A stretch of DNA of 61,431 bases, filler included. It is 3 parts of 3 records of this genome, joined end to end, with 100 filler letters (N's around TTAATTAATTAA, not from the genome) between each part and the next. Parts side by side here need not be neighbours in the genome. Positions count along the whole stretch, not along the records: positions 30,671 to 50,326 come from SRR31156797_5483; 2 more parts are not named here. One strand, given 5' to 3'. A model generated the notes under the pieces. It ran no database searches and was not told the DNA's origin. It saw only the letters and a list, made by a program, of their open reading frames with translations. How positions within the stretch are numbered: the first letter of the stretch is position 1; each line of letters opens with the position of its first letter. Position numbers and translations under genes: made by a program. Below are positions 37,668 to 48,035 of the stretch, in pieces.

Positions 37668-39917
37668 ATGGCAGGGAGCCTTACCCTAGCCCTTCGCTCA
37701 GCACAAAGCGGCCTGTTGGTCAACCAACAGGCGCTGGACGCCATTGCGAACAACGTCGCCAACGTCAATTCGCCGGGCTATTCGCGAAAGGTCGTCAACG
37801 TTCAGCAACGCGTCGTCGGCGGTGTCGGCGCCGGTGTCGAACTGTCGGAAATCACCCGCGCCGTCGACGAAGGCCTGATCAAGAGCTTCCGGCTGGAGGC
37901 CGGCGTCTTCGAGGAACTGCAGGCACAGACAAGCTACTACGAACGCCTTCAGGACCTTTTCGGCAGTCCCGAGAACAATACCTCGGTCAGCCATCTCCTT
38001 GAATCGTTTGGCGAGGCGCTGGAAGGGCTCGCTTTGTCGCCCAACCAGACCCTCGAGCAGAGCGAAGTGGTCCGGCAGGGCGAGGAACTGGCGCTGAAGC
38101 TGCAAAGCATGAGTGAATCCATTCAGGATTTGCGCCTGCAGGCCGACGCGCAGATATCCGAGACGGTCGGCCGCATCAACGAATTGACCAACCAAATCGC
38201 CGATCTCAACGACAAGATCATCCGCAACAAAACCGTTACCAGCGACGTCAGCGACCTTCGCGATCAGCGCGACAAGGCGGTCGACGAATTGGCCGGCCTG
38301 ATCGACATCCGCTATTTCTTCCGCGGCGACGGCGACATCGTCATTTTCTCGTCGGCCGGGCGCACCCTCGTCGACAACGTCGCGTTCGATCTCAGCCACG
38401 ACGCCGCCAGTTCGATTACGCCGACCGTCACCCATTCGGAAGGCGACATCGACGGCATCTATGTCGGACTGGAGATCGCCGGCAACGATATCACCAACGA
38501 ACTGGCCGACGGCGAAATCAAAGGCTTGGTCGCGATGCGCGATCAGATCCTGCCGGATCTGCAAAGCCAGTTGGACGAAATGGCGGCAACGCTGCGCGAT
38601 ACCGTCAATCAGGTCCATAACCGCGGCCAGCCCTTCCCTGGCCTGCAGTCGATGACCGGCACCCGCAAATTCCTGGATACGACGGACGGCACCAACGTCA
38701 CCGCCCAGACCATCACCCTGGATCCGACCAGCGGCGCCGACGACGTCACCATCGCGCTGTTCGACAGTTCCGGCGATCAGCAGGCCACAACCACCCTGGA
38801 AACGATCATGATCAGCGGCGCCTTCGGCACCGGCGCGCAGGCCGCCAACGGCCCGTGGACGATCGCCGAAGTCAACGCCACCATCGAGGACTGGCTGCAA
38901 GTCAACGGCGCAGCCGGGGCTTCGGTCTCGCTCAACAGTTCGGGCGAATTGAACATCGAACTGAACGAAACCAGCCTCTACATGACGTTCCGCGACGAAA
39001 CGGCAACCGCCGACGGCAGCACCCTTGCCGATGCCGAGATCGGGTTCGATGCCGACGGCGACGGCAATATCGACGAAACGATCAGCGGTTTTTCCAATTT
39101 CTTCGGGCTCAACGATTTCTTCGACGACGGATTGCAGCGCAACGTGCATGAATCCAACGTCGTTACGTCATCCTTCAAGTCGGCGGCAACGGAACTGCGC
39201 TTCATCGACGGAACATCGAGCCTGCCGCTCGATCCGGGCGGCGGCGGTGATGTCAGGTTGACGATCCCGCTCAACAGCACCCTGGAAGAAATCGCCGTCC
39301 TGATCACCAACAACATCACCAACGTTTCGGCCTCGGTCATCACCGACGGTTCCGGATCCCGCCTGCGCATCGCCCATGATTCCGGCATCGACATGGAAAT
39401 CACCGAACCGGGCACCGGCGGCGTACTGGCGACACTGGGCATGCATAACGCCAATACCCGGATCGCCAGCCAGATGGACGTCAGGGCCGACATCAAGGCA
39501 CAGCCGGCCTTGGTGACGACCGGCGTCGTGCAATGGGATTCCAATCTTGGAACCGCCGGCGAATATTTCATGAGTGTCGCCGACGACACCGCCATTCAGG
39601 CCCTGGCCGAACAATTCAGTTCGGCCAATTCCTTCGACACGGCCGGCGGCATCGCCGCCCAGACTGTCAGTTTCAGCCAATACGCCGCAGCCGTCCTTTC
39701 GCGCAACGCCAGCCTTGCCAGCAACAACGAAACCCTGGTCGATACGCAAGAAGAGCTGTCGCAGTCGCTGAAGCTTAAATCTGACAATATCCGGGGGGTC
39801 AACCTCGACGAGGAAATGGCCAACCTTATCGTTTTTGAACAAGCCTATTCGGCGGCGGCCCGCGTCATCAACGTTATCCAGGGCATGTTCGACGCCCTCG
39901 ATCAGGCCGTCGGTTAA
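37668..39917 (+). CDS. flgK: Hook-associated protein FlgK
   Basis: NNVANVNSPGYSRK, LRDQRD and GVNLDEEMANL..FEQAYSAAARVI. Confidence 0.93.
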   Translation: MAGSLTLALRSAQSGLLVNQQALDAIANNVANVNSPGYSRKVVNVQQRVVGGVGAGVELSEITRAVDEGLIKSFRLEAGVFEELQAQTSYYERLQDLFGSPENNTSVSHLLESFGEALEGLALSPNQTLEQSEVVRQGEELALKLQSMSESIQDLRLQADAQISETVGRINELTNQIADLNDKIIRNKTVTSDVSDLRDQRDKAVDELAGLIDIRYFFRGDGDIVIFSSAGRTLVDNVAFDLSHDAASSITPTVTHSEGDIDGIYVGLEIAGNDITNELADGEIKGLVAMRDQILPDLQSQLDEMAATLRDTVNQVHNRGQPFPGLQSMTGTRKFLDTTDGTNVTAQTITLDPTSGADDVTIALFDSSGDQQATTTLETIMISGAFGTGAQAANGPWTIAEVNATIEDWLQVNGAAGASVSLNSSGELNIELNETSLYMTFRDETATADGSTLADAEIGFDADGDGNIDETISGFSNFFGLNDFFDDGLQRNVHESNVVTSSFKSAATELRFIDGTSSLPLDPGGGGDVRLTIPLNSTLEEIAVLITNNITNVSASVITDGSGSRLRIAHDSGIDMEITEPGTGGVLATLGMHNANTRIASQMDVRADIKAQPALVTTGVVQWDSNLGTAGEYFMSVADDTAIQALAEQFSSANSFDTAGGIAAQTVSFSQYAAAVLSRNASLASNNETLVDTQEELSQSLKLKSDNIRGVNLDEEMANLIVFEQAYSAAARVINVIQGMFDALDQAVG

Positions 39918-39927
39918 GGAGTAGCCC

Positions 39928-41235
39928 ATGCCCCGCATCGCCGATCAAGCTTCGGTCAACACCGTTATCGCCCGCATGCTGGATACGCAGAAGCGCCTGA
40001 ACGACCTGCAAGTCCAGTTGTCGACCGAAAAAAAATCCCAGGACTATCGTGGAATTGCCAGGGATTCGGAAAGACTGGTCAAATTCGAGAACAGTCGGGA
40101 TTCGCTGGAGGCATTCATCGTCAACAACGACATCATGGATATGCGGCTGCAAACCACGGATTCGGTGCTGGACGGCATCAAGGCGACCCTCACCGATTTT
40201 CGCGAATCCCTTTATGACTACGAAGCCGGCAGCCTGACCAACGAACAGCGGGTAAAGGATATTCAGGACGCCGCGTTCCGCGCCCTCACCGATCTCGAAG
40301 TCCACTTGAATTCCGACGTCGGCGGTCGTTTCATGTTCTCGGGCGGTCGGGTGTCGACGCAGCCGGTCGACCTGGGCCTGACTTCGCTCTCCGCCTTCCA
40401 GACCAAGTATGACGGCGAAGCGGTCGTCTACCCGCCGACCCGGGCCGCCCATGTGCAAAGCAACGACAGCGTCGGCAATGCCGACACCGGCAATTTGGAG
40501 ATCACCGGCACGGATACGATCACCGCGGCCAACACCGGGTCCCTGGCCGGGTTTGCCGTCGGCTCGACGATTACGTTTTCCGGCAGCGTTTTCGGCAACG
40601 ACGGCACCTATACCGTCGTCTCGAATGACGGCACGACAATGACCATCGACGGGACAATGACCTTCGGCGCCAACACCGTCACCGTCAACAATACGATCAC
40701 CAATAGCACCGGCCCCGACCACGAAGACGGCGCCACGATTTCCGCCTCAAGCTATTATGGCGGCGACACCTCGACCCAGACGCATCGGGTTTCCGACAAC
40801 CGGGAATTCAATCTGGACGTCAATGCCATCGATCCGGCCTTCGACAAGGCAATCCGGGCCATGGGGCTTATCGCTCAGGGTGTATTCGGAACCGCCGGCG
40901 GCCTCGATCAGAACACCGACCGCCTGGACGACGCCATCTATCTTATAAATTCGGCGTTTGATGTTCCAACCACGGGCACGCCCCCATTCGGGACGGAACT
41001 GAGCAGCAATCTCAGCCAAATTCAGCAGGATATCGGGTTCGAACGGCTGTTGATCTCGCGCACCAACGAATCCAACCAGAACCTGATCGGTTTCTTTGAT
41101 AACCGCATTATCGAGGCCGAAAATTCGGATACGCTGGAAGTCACAACCGAATTGCTCGATCAATCGAATGCCCTGGAAGCCTCCTACCAGGCGCTGGCCC
41201 GTATCCAGCAGTTGAGCTTGACGGATTACCTGTAG
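39928..41235 (+). CDS. flgL: Hook-associated protein FlgL
   Basis: Follows flgK. QLSTEKK, GRFMFSG and ALEASYQALARIQQLSLTDYL. Confidence 0.85.
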   Translation: MPRIADQASVNTVIARMLDTQKRLNDLQVQLSTEKKSQDYRGIARDSERLVKFENSRDSLEAFIVNNDIMDMRLQTTDSVLDGIKATLTDFRESLYDYEAGSLTNEQRVKDIQDAAFRALTDLEVHLNSDVGGRFMFSGGRVSTQPVDLGLTSLSAFQTKYDGEAVVYPPTRAAHVQSNDSVGNADTGNLEITGTDTITAANTGSLAGFAVGSTITFSGSVFGNDGTYTVVSNDGTTMTIDGTMTFGANTVTVNNTITNSTGPDHEDGATISASSYYGGDTSTQTHRVSDNREFNLDVNAIDPAFDKAIRAMGLIAQGVFGTAGGLDQNTDRLDDAIYLINSAFDVPTTGTPPFGTELSSNLSQIQQDIGFERLLISRTNESNQNLIGFFDNRIIEAENSDTLEVTTELLDQSNALEASYQALARIQQLSLTDYL

Positions 41236-41491
41236 TCACGCCGACTACCGGTTCCGTCGACAATCACGATTGAGGCATCTAAATCCGTTTTTGGGCAGTT
41301 GGTCCCAATTCGCGGCATTCCGCTTTTCCTGTTCCTTTATTCGAGTCCCCGTAATAGTGCGTCTAATGTAATTGAAAACAGCAACTTACGACGGTATTAT
41401 GGGCGCGACTTGATTGTGTGCTTTGCACGGATTTATTTGGTTTTAGCGTGCTGGCAGGAAGCATTGCCTAGGGCATTTGGGGAGATCATAC

Positions 41492-41842
41492 ATGGCGGAC
41501 GAACAGGGCGTGGGCAACACTGAGAGTTTATCGTCCAACGAGGAGGCCGCGTTTGGATTGTCGAAAGCGGCGGTGATGCTGGATCAGGCTCGTGATGATC
41601 AAGGGAAGCTTGCGACTGCCCTGGATAACAACATGGAAGTTTGGGTGGCGATTCGGACACTGATCACTCGGGATGGCAATCCGTTGCCCGATGAAACGAA
41701 GCAGAACCTCGTCAAATTGAGCCAGTTTGTGACCCAGACCACGATGGCTCAGGGCGTTGAAATGCCGGGCGAAGTTCTTGACACCTTCGTCAACATCAAT
41801 TTGCAGATCTCCGAGGGCCTGCTGGAAGCCAAACCGCAGTAG
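41492..41842 (+). CDS. flaF: Flagellar biosynthesis regulator FlaF family
   Basis: ALDNN..VW, NPLPDETKQNL..LSQFV and NINLQISEGL. GGAG RBS. Confidence 0.72.
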   Translation: MADEQGVGNTESLSSNEEAAFGLSKAAVMLDQARDDQGKLATALDNNMEVWVAIRTLITRDGNPLPDETKQNLVKLSQFVTQTTMAQGVEMPGEVLDTFVNINLQISEGLLEAKPQ

Positions 41843-41982
41843 CAGCGGTTGCCCTAGCGCGTGGACATCCGGCCTACGCGGCGGTAGTTTGAGGATTGGA
41901 CAGCGGTGGCGGATTGGCGCCGCCGTTGTTGTTTTATTGGTGGAATTCTCCGAAGTTCATTTCCTGGATGCGCGAAATCCGT

Positions 41983-42645
41983 ATGAACGACGATCCTAAA
42001 TCCGGATACCTGATCCTTGGGGCCGGTGGCCACGGCAAGGTCGTCGCCGATGCGATCCGAGCGTGCGGCTGGTGGCCCCAAACGGCCTTCCTCGATGCCG
42101 ATCCGCACCGCATCGGCACCGAAATCCTTGGAACGGCGGTTCTGGGCGATGACTCGTTTTTGACGGAAGCGCGGGTGCGGGGATTCACCCACTTCATTGT
42201 CGGCATGGGAACTTCCGGCGACAGTCATCCACGTCGGATTCTTTTCGACAAGGGACGACAGGCCGGATTGGAAGCGGCAATCGTTGTCCATCCGACAGCG
42301 GTTTGCGCGCCCTCGGCAAAAATCGGCGACGGCACCGTCATCCTGGCCGGCGCAACCCTGAACGCGGATTGCATGATCGGCCGCAATGTCGTCGTCAACA
42401 CCGGCGCCATCGTCGAACACGATTGCCGCATCGGCGACCACGCCATGATCGCCCCGGCGGCGGTTCTGCTGGGCGGCTGCAATATCGGCGCCGGAGCCTT
42501 CATCGGCGCCGGAGCCGTAATTCGGCAGGAAATCCCCGTTGGGGAAAACGCCATTGTCGGTGTCGGCGCGGTCGTTCTCGAACCGGTACCGGCCGGCGCC
42601 CGGGTCGCCGGCGTTCCGGCCCGCCCAATAACCCATCGGGATTAG
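41983..42645 (+). CDS. NeuD/PglD-type sugar acetyltransferase (hexapeptide repeat)
   Basis: LGAGGHGKVV, VHPTA, NTGAIVEHDC and GVPAR. Confidence 0.9.
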   Translation: MNDDPKSGYLILGAGGHGKVVADAIRACGWWPQTAFLDADPHRIGTEILGTAVLGDDSFLTEARVRGFTHFIVGMGTSGDSHPRRILFDKGRQAGLEAAIVVHPTAVCAPSAKIGDGTVILAGATLNADCMIGRNVVVNTGAIVEHDCRIGDHAMIAPAAVLLGGCNIGAGAFIGAGAVIRQEIPVGENAIVGVGAVVLEPVPAGARVAGVPARPITHRD

Positions 42646-42673
42646 CCCGGAAAGCCACGGAACCAACCGGAAT

Positions 42674-43465
42674 ATGGCAATAACCGCGCTTGAATATCTT
42701 GTCCTGACCGACCTCCGCAAAAAAGGGGTTCTGCCGCAGAAGGCAGACATCATCGAATTCGGTTCTCAGAACTGGTACGGCGATGTCTCGTTCAAAGCCG
42801 TCGAGATCCTCGGGCAAGAACTGCTGAGCGAAGACTCCGATGGCTTTGCCGCCTTCAAGGGTCATTACGATGAAGTCGTCAAGCAAATCGAAGACGGCGA
42901 CGTCGCCGAAGGGCTCCGTCAGTTCTGCCGCCTTTATTACGATCTCGTGTTCGATTTGGCGTCGTATACAGCGATCGATCTGATCGAGGGGCCCGAAACC
43001 GTTCAGCACGACCTGAACCAGCCCATCCACCTGAACCGTCGGTTCGACATCGTCACCAATATCGGAACGGCCGAGCATGTTTTCGATATCGGCCAGGTAT
43101 TCCGTACGGCCCATGAACTTGCCCTGCCGAACGGTCTGATGGTCCATTCCGCACCCTTTACGGGGTGGTGGAACCACGGTTTTTATGGGATTCAACCAAC
43201 CTTGTATTTCGATCTTGCCGAATCGAACGGCTATGATCTGGTTGCCTTGACCTATGGATCGTTCAATCCCTTCGAAGCGCTGAACATCGGAATCCGCGAG
43301 GATATCGGCGACCTGGCCGATGCAGGTCGTATCGGCAAGCACGCTGTTGTCAATTGCGTGCTAAGAAAAGGACCCGAAGAGAAACCGTTCGAAATACCGA
43401 TTCAACGAATCTATTCAGGCCGGTCCAGCGAACGGGAATTGGCCGACTGGCGAAAGCACAGGTAA
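42674..43465 (+). CDS. Putative class I SAM-dependent methyltransferase
   Basis: IEFGSQ, YTAID, DLN.P and FDIVTNIGTAEHVFD. Confidence 0.7.
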   Translation: MAITALEYLVLTDLRKKGVLPQKADIIEFGSQNWYGDVSFKAVEILGQELLSEDSDGFAAFKGHYDEVVKQIEDGDVAEGLRQFCRLYYDLVFDLASYTAIDLIEGPETVQHDLNQPIHLNRRFDIVTNIGTAEHVFDIGQVFRTAHELALPNGLMVHSAPFTGWWNHGFYGIQPTLYFDLAESNGYDLVALTYGSFNPFEALNIGIREDIGDLADAGRIGKHAVVNCVLRKGPEEKPFEIPIQRIYSGRSSERELADWRKHR

Positions 43466-43546
43466 CAGTTTCGGCATCAACCCGGGTAAAAAAGCCGGAT
43501 CGCCCGGGCCGTGTCGACCAGTCCGCAGGCAGTTGGGGAAAAATCG

Positions 43547-45781
43547 ATGAACCGCAAGGAACGACGCCGTCTCGAAAAATCCGCCCGAAAAGGCAACCTG
43601 GACACGACGACAACCATTCCCGACGCTTTGCAGCAGTTGATCTCGCTTTACGAAAAGGGCCGGCTGGACGAAGCATTGCGCCTGTGCCGGAACCTCTTGT
43701 CGATCGCCCCCGGCGACGAAGATCTGTTGCATCTTGCCGGTGCCATTGCGGCCCAACTGAATGACCCGGCAGCGGCGGCCGAGTTGTTGCAGACCGCCAT
43801 CGAGGCCAATCCCGAACAGGCCGAATCCCACTACAATCTGGGAAACTGCCTTCGCGCCATGGGCCGGGCCGACGAAGCAATCGCGGCCTTTCGCAAGGCA
43901 ACCGAACTCGAACCCGGACTGGCCGAAGCCCACAACAATCTGGGCATCACATTAGCCGAAGCCGGTCATCCGGAAGAAGCCGTGGGCGCCTATTCGAAAG
44001 CCGTCGAACTGCGCCCGAGCCACGCGGCGGCGCACAACAACATGGCCATCGCACTGCATGAACTGGGACGCACGGCCGAGGCCGAGGCCGCTTGTCGACG
44101 GGCCATCTCGTTGATGCCGTCGATGGCCGAAGCCCACAACGGCCTGGCCAACATTCTTAAGTTCCAGGGCCGAACGGAAGAGGCCGTCAAGGCCTATGGC
44201 CGTGCCGTCGAATTGAACCCGCAATACGCGGAAGCCCACAACAACCTCGGCATCCTGCTGCACGAGCAGCGAAATCTCGACGCCGCCATCGCCGCCTCGC
44301 GCCGCGCCGTCGAATTGATGCCGAACCTGATGGATGCCTACAAGAACCTCGGCTACTCGCTTCAGCAGCAGGGACGCCACCGCGAAGCGGCCCAGGTCTA
44401 CGACCGCGCCCTGACGATTTCGCCGGACCCGGGCATCGCGGTAAGAAAAGCGCTTCTGCTGCCCCTGGTTCCGGAATCGCGGGACGAAATCAGAACGACC
44501 CGCGAAAACCTGGACGACAGTCTGACCCGTCTGGCGGAGAGCGGTCTACGGGTGTCCGATCCCAACCGCGAGATCGGAATCACCAATTTTTTCCTCGCCT
44601 ATCATGGGCTTGACGACTGTCCCTTCCAGAAAAAACTGGCCGATTTTCACGTCAAAGCCTGTCCCGACCTGACCTGGTCGGCACCCCATTTGGCGGACGC
44701 GGCAATACGACCGGGCGACCGTCCCAGGATCGGTTTCGTGTCGCGTTACCTGATCGACAGCCACACCATCGGCAAGCTTTTCGGCGGGCTGATCCGGCAA
44801 ATCCCGAAAGACCGGTTCGAAACGATCCTTTTCCGGCCGACGGCGGTCTCCAACGATATCGACAGTGCCGCTGAGCGGGTCGTTCACCTGTCCGATTCGC
44901 TGGCACCGGCCCGACGGCAGATCGCCGAATGCCGGCCGGACGTCCTGATATACCTGGATGTCGGAATGGAGCCGTTGACCTATTTCCTGGCTTTTTCACG
45001 CCTGGCACCGGTTCAATGCGTGACATTCGGCCATCCGGTAACGACCGGCATCGGCAACCTCGACTATTTCCTTTCAACCGCCGATCTCGATCCCGAGGGA
45101 TCGGAAAACCACTACACGGAAAAGGTTGAACGGCTGCCGAGACTGCCCGTCTTTTACGAACGGCCAGACGCGGCGCCTGAAGACCTACCGGACCGCGCCG
45201 CGCTCGGCCTGCCGGAGGACCGGCATCTTTACGTCTGCACGCAAACGCTGTTCAAGGTGCACCCGGATTTTGACGATGTATTGGCCGCCATCCTGTCGCG
45301 CGATCCGAACGGCACCGCCGTTTTCATCGAAGGTAACCAGCGCCACATGGCGAAGGCCCTTTTGAAACGCCTGGAAGGCGTTATTCCCGACGCGGCGGAA
45401 CGGATCGTCTTTCTGCCGGCGCTCGACTTCAAAAGCTTCCTCGGACTTTCCAAGGCCGCCGATGTCCTGCTCGATACCGTTCACTACAGCGGCGGCAATA
45501 CCAGCCTCGAGGCTTTGGCCCTCGGCGCACCGGTGGTGACATGGCCGTCCGAATACATGCGCGGCCGCTGGACCTACGCCGTTTACCGTGACATGGATAT
45601 CGACGAGATGATCGCCAAAAACCTGGACGATTATGTCGATCTGGCCGTGCGGACGGCTACGGATGCCGCCTGGCGGGAAAAGATTTGTGAGAAAATTCGC
45701 ACCCGAGGTGCCGCTTTTTTCGAGAACCAGGCGTCGGTCGACGGTTTCATCGATTTTCTTGACCGGGTGACTTCCGAATAA
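43547..45781 (+). CDS. TPR-repeat glycosyltransferase family 41 (O-GlcNAc transferase-like)
   Basis: Many AEAHNNLG TPRs, then RIGFVS, HTIG, LAPVQ..FGHPVTTG, FKVHP and GGNTSLEAL. Confidence 0.88.
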   Translation: MNRKERRRLEKSARKGNLDTTTTIPDALQQLISLYEKGRLDEALRLCRNLLSIAPGDEDLLHLAGAIAAQLNDPAAAAELLQTAIEANPEQAESHYNLGNCLRAMGRADEAIAAFRKATELEPGLAEAHNNLGITLAEAGHPEEAVGAYSKAVELRPSHAAAHNNMAIALHELGRTAEAEAACRRAISLMPSMAEAHNGLANILKFQGRTEEAVKAYGRAVELNPQYAEAHNNLGILLHEQRNLDAAIAASRRAVELMPNLMDAYKNLGYSLQQQGRHREAAQVYDRALTISPDPGIAVRKALLLPLVPESRDEIRTTRENLDDSLTRLAESGLRVSDPNREIGITNFFLAYHGLDDCPFQKKLADFHVKACPDLTWSAPHLADAAIRPGDRPRIGFVSRYLIDSHTIGKLFGGLIRQIPKDRFETILFRPTAVSNDIDSAAERVVHLSDSLAPARRQIAECRPDVLIYLDVGMEPLTYFLAFSRLAPVQCVTFGHPVTTGIGNLDYFLSTADLDPEGSENHYTEKVERLPRLPVFYERPDAAPEDLPDRAALGLPEDRHLYVCTQTLFKVHPDFDDVLAAILSRDPNGTAVFIEGNQRHMAKALLKRLEGVIPDAAERIVFLPALDFKSFLGLSKAADVLLDTVHYSGGNTSLEALALGAPVVTWPSEYMRGRWTYAVYRDMDIDEMIAKNLDDYVDLAVRTATDAAWREKICEKIRTRGAAFFENQASVDGFIDFLDRVTSE

Positions 45782-45792
45782 AGCCGCCGGTT

Positions 45793-47364
45793 TCAGGAAT
45801 CGGGGGCGGCCTCGGCGTGGACGATTTCGATCATTTGTTCCCGCAATAACCCCTCGCCGCTGACGCTGACCAGGATCGGCACCGGCCGGAACTCGGTTGC
45901 GGCGACGCGATAGCCGGTTTCCGGAAAAAGCCTGGCATAGTTGTGCATGACCAGGATTCCGTCCCATTGTACGGTTTCCACGGGATCGGCTTCGAAATCG
46001 GGATACAGCAGCGTCGCCATGCTGCGGCAGAAATACTCCGCCGTCATGATCTTCTCGACGCCGCCCTGCCGACAGGCACGATAGACGCGTTTCACCGCCT
46101 CCGGCAGCATGATGTCCAACGACCGGCAATGAACGAGGAGCGTATCCCCCGGTATCGTCGCCAGTTTCGCCAGCATGGCATCGAAATCGGAATCGAACAG
46201 TAGATTATCCCGCCTATAGGCGTCGCGGTTCCATTGTGTCGCCAGTTCCGAAATATCGTATCCGGCCCATGTTATGTCCGGATAGCGTTCCGACAATTCG
46301 TACTCGCGGATGCCACAAAGGGTTCCGTAATTGATGACCTTGCGAAGATTCGGATTTGCCGCCAGAAGCTTTTCGACCTCTGTGAACATGACGTGGTTGG
46401 TGTAGCCGCTGACGGTTCGGTATTTGTTTGCCTCGACGCACTCCTCGCGGTGGGCATCATAAAAATCCTTCACCATATCCGGCCGGGTGTAGCGAATCGA
46501 AGCGCCGATATTGGCCAGAATCCCACCATCGACGGTGCGCTTTTCAATGGCGTCCTGCAGTTGCTCGCCCCAGGTTTTGATCTGCTGTCGCCTTTCTGCA
46601 ACGATCCGGTTGTCAGCCAGCATTCTTGCCGTGCGCGCCAACACTTCCCGCCCTTCGGCATATCGGCCCAGGCAGAACAGGGATACCGCCAGTTCGCACA
46701 ATATGAAAAGGGTCTCGCCGGACCGTTCAATCACCGTTCTACATATGGCCTCGGCTCTGTCATACGCGCCTTCCAGCAACGCAAAGCGGATCAGCACCCT
46801 TTGCGAAAAGAAATTCAGGTTCCGGAAACCGGCCAGGATCCCGGCAAATTCGCTGGCTCGATCGAAATCGTCGCAGAACTGGTTGGACGCGATCATGAGC
46901 CCGACCATCGTCTGGCTCTTCCGCGCCTCGTCGTTATTGCCGAATTCGTCCAAGAAAATTCTGGCCGCGTTCGGGTTCTTGGCCAGGCCGGAGATGAACG
47001 CCTCCATTGTCACGGTATGTGCTTCGCCTTCAATTTGATCGAGGACGAGGCAGAAGCGTTCGATCCGCGCCTTGTCGGTCATCGGTTCGGCATGGGATCT
47101 CAGATACAGAAGCGCGTTGACGCCACATGTTTCGACCAGATTGCTCCAATCATCCGCGTCAGCGCCCCCACGAACCCCCATGCCGATGAACTCAAGCGCC
47201 AGGGCCTCTTTGCCGGCGTCATGACAAAGGTCCGCGACCTGAAAACAAAGTTGCGCATCAACGGCACCGGCCTGCACGCCTTCCGTCACGGAAAGCCGCA
47301 ATTGCTCGCCGGCCGGCCCGTCGGCCATCAGATCCTGGAGTGAAAAGTCCGATTGCAAGACCAT
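45793..47364 (-). CDS. Hypothetical protein with helical/TPR-like N-terminus and methyltransferase-like C-terminus
   Basis: 523-aa ORF at the end of the minus-strand operon. VINYGTLCG...WAGYDIS resembles SAM-binding motifs. Confidence 0.55.
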   Translation of the reverse strand: MVLQSDFSLQDLMADGPAGEQLRLSVTEGVQAGAVDAQLCFQVADLCHDAGKEALALEFIGMGVRGGADADDWSNLVETCGVNALLYLRSHAEPMTDKARIERFCLVLDQIEGEAHTVTMEAFISGLAKNPNAARIFLDEFGNNDEARKSQTMVGLMIASNQFCDDFDRASEFAGILAGFRNLNFFSQRVLIRFALLEGAYDRAEAICRTVIERSGETLFILCELAVSLFCLGRYAEGREVLARTARMLADNRIVAERRQQIKTWGEQLQDAIEKRTVDGGILANIGASIRYTRPDMVKDFYDAHREECVEANKYRTVSGYTNHVMFTEVEKLLAANPNLRKVINYGTLCGIREYELSERYPDITWAGYDISELATQWNRDAYRRDNLLFDSDFDAMLAKLATIPGDTLLVHCRSLDIMLPEAVKRVYRACRQGGVEKIMTAEYFCRSMATLLYPDFEADPVETVQWDGILVMHNYARLFPETGYRVAATEFRPVPILVSVSGEGLLREQMIEIVHAEAAPDS

Positions 47365-47381
47365 TTCCGATTCACTCTATA

Positions 47382-48035
47382 TCAACCCAAATACAAGAAA
47401 TTCTCGATAATGCGCAGACCCACCGGTCCGCTTTTTTCCGGATGAAATTGCGTGCCGAAAACGTTGCCATGGCGAACCGCCGCCGAAACCAAACGGCCGT
47501 TATAATCGGCATCGGCCAGACGCGATGCCGGATCCGCCGGATCGGCGGTGAAGGAATGCACGAAATAGACCGAAACCCCCGGCACAAGTCCGTCGAGCAC
47601 CGTTCCCCGCCACAACCCGGCATCGCCCCCCTCGGGCAGGCGAAGCTGCGACCAGCCGATATGCGGAACCTTGTGCGGCGCGCCATCGGCTCCGGTCAGC
47701 GGAATTTCGACGACCGCGCCGTCGATGATCCCAAGCCCGCCGTGATCGCCGAATTCACGGCTTTCCGCCAGCAGCATCTGCATGCCCAGGCAAATCGACA
47801 GCGACGGCCGGCCGCTTTGCGCATGGACGCGAAACGCCTCGATCAGGTTTCGCCGGCGCAGCTCCGCCATGCCGTCGGCGAATGCCCCGACCCCCGGCAG
47901 GACCAGATAGTCGGCGGACGAAACCTTGTCGGGGTCCGCCGTCGTTTCGGTATCGGCGGCAAAATGCTCGAAAGCGCGTCTGACGCTCAAAAGGTTGCCC
48001 ATACCGTAGTCGACGATGGTGATCCGCTTTTTCAC
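47382..48035 (-). CDS. hisH: HisH-like glutamine amidotransferase (WbuY-type paralogue)
   Basis: DYGMGNL, LPGVGAF, ICLGMQ, YFVHS and QFHPEKS. Confidence 0.9.
   Translation of the reverse strand: MKKRITIVDYGMGNLLSVRRAFEHFAADTETTADPDKVSSADYLVLPGVGAFADGMAELRRRNLIEAFRVHAQSGRPSLSICLGMQMLLAESREFGDHGGLGIIDGAVVEIPLTGADGAPHKVPHIGWSQLRLPEGGDAGLWRGTVLDGLVPGVSVYFVHSFTADPADPASRLADADYNGRLVSAAVRHGNVFGTQFHPEKSGPVGLRIIENFLYLG

Noticed and set aside
41451-41468. Sigma54 promoter for flaF
   Set aside because: The GG-to-GC spacing is 11 nt, not the required 10.
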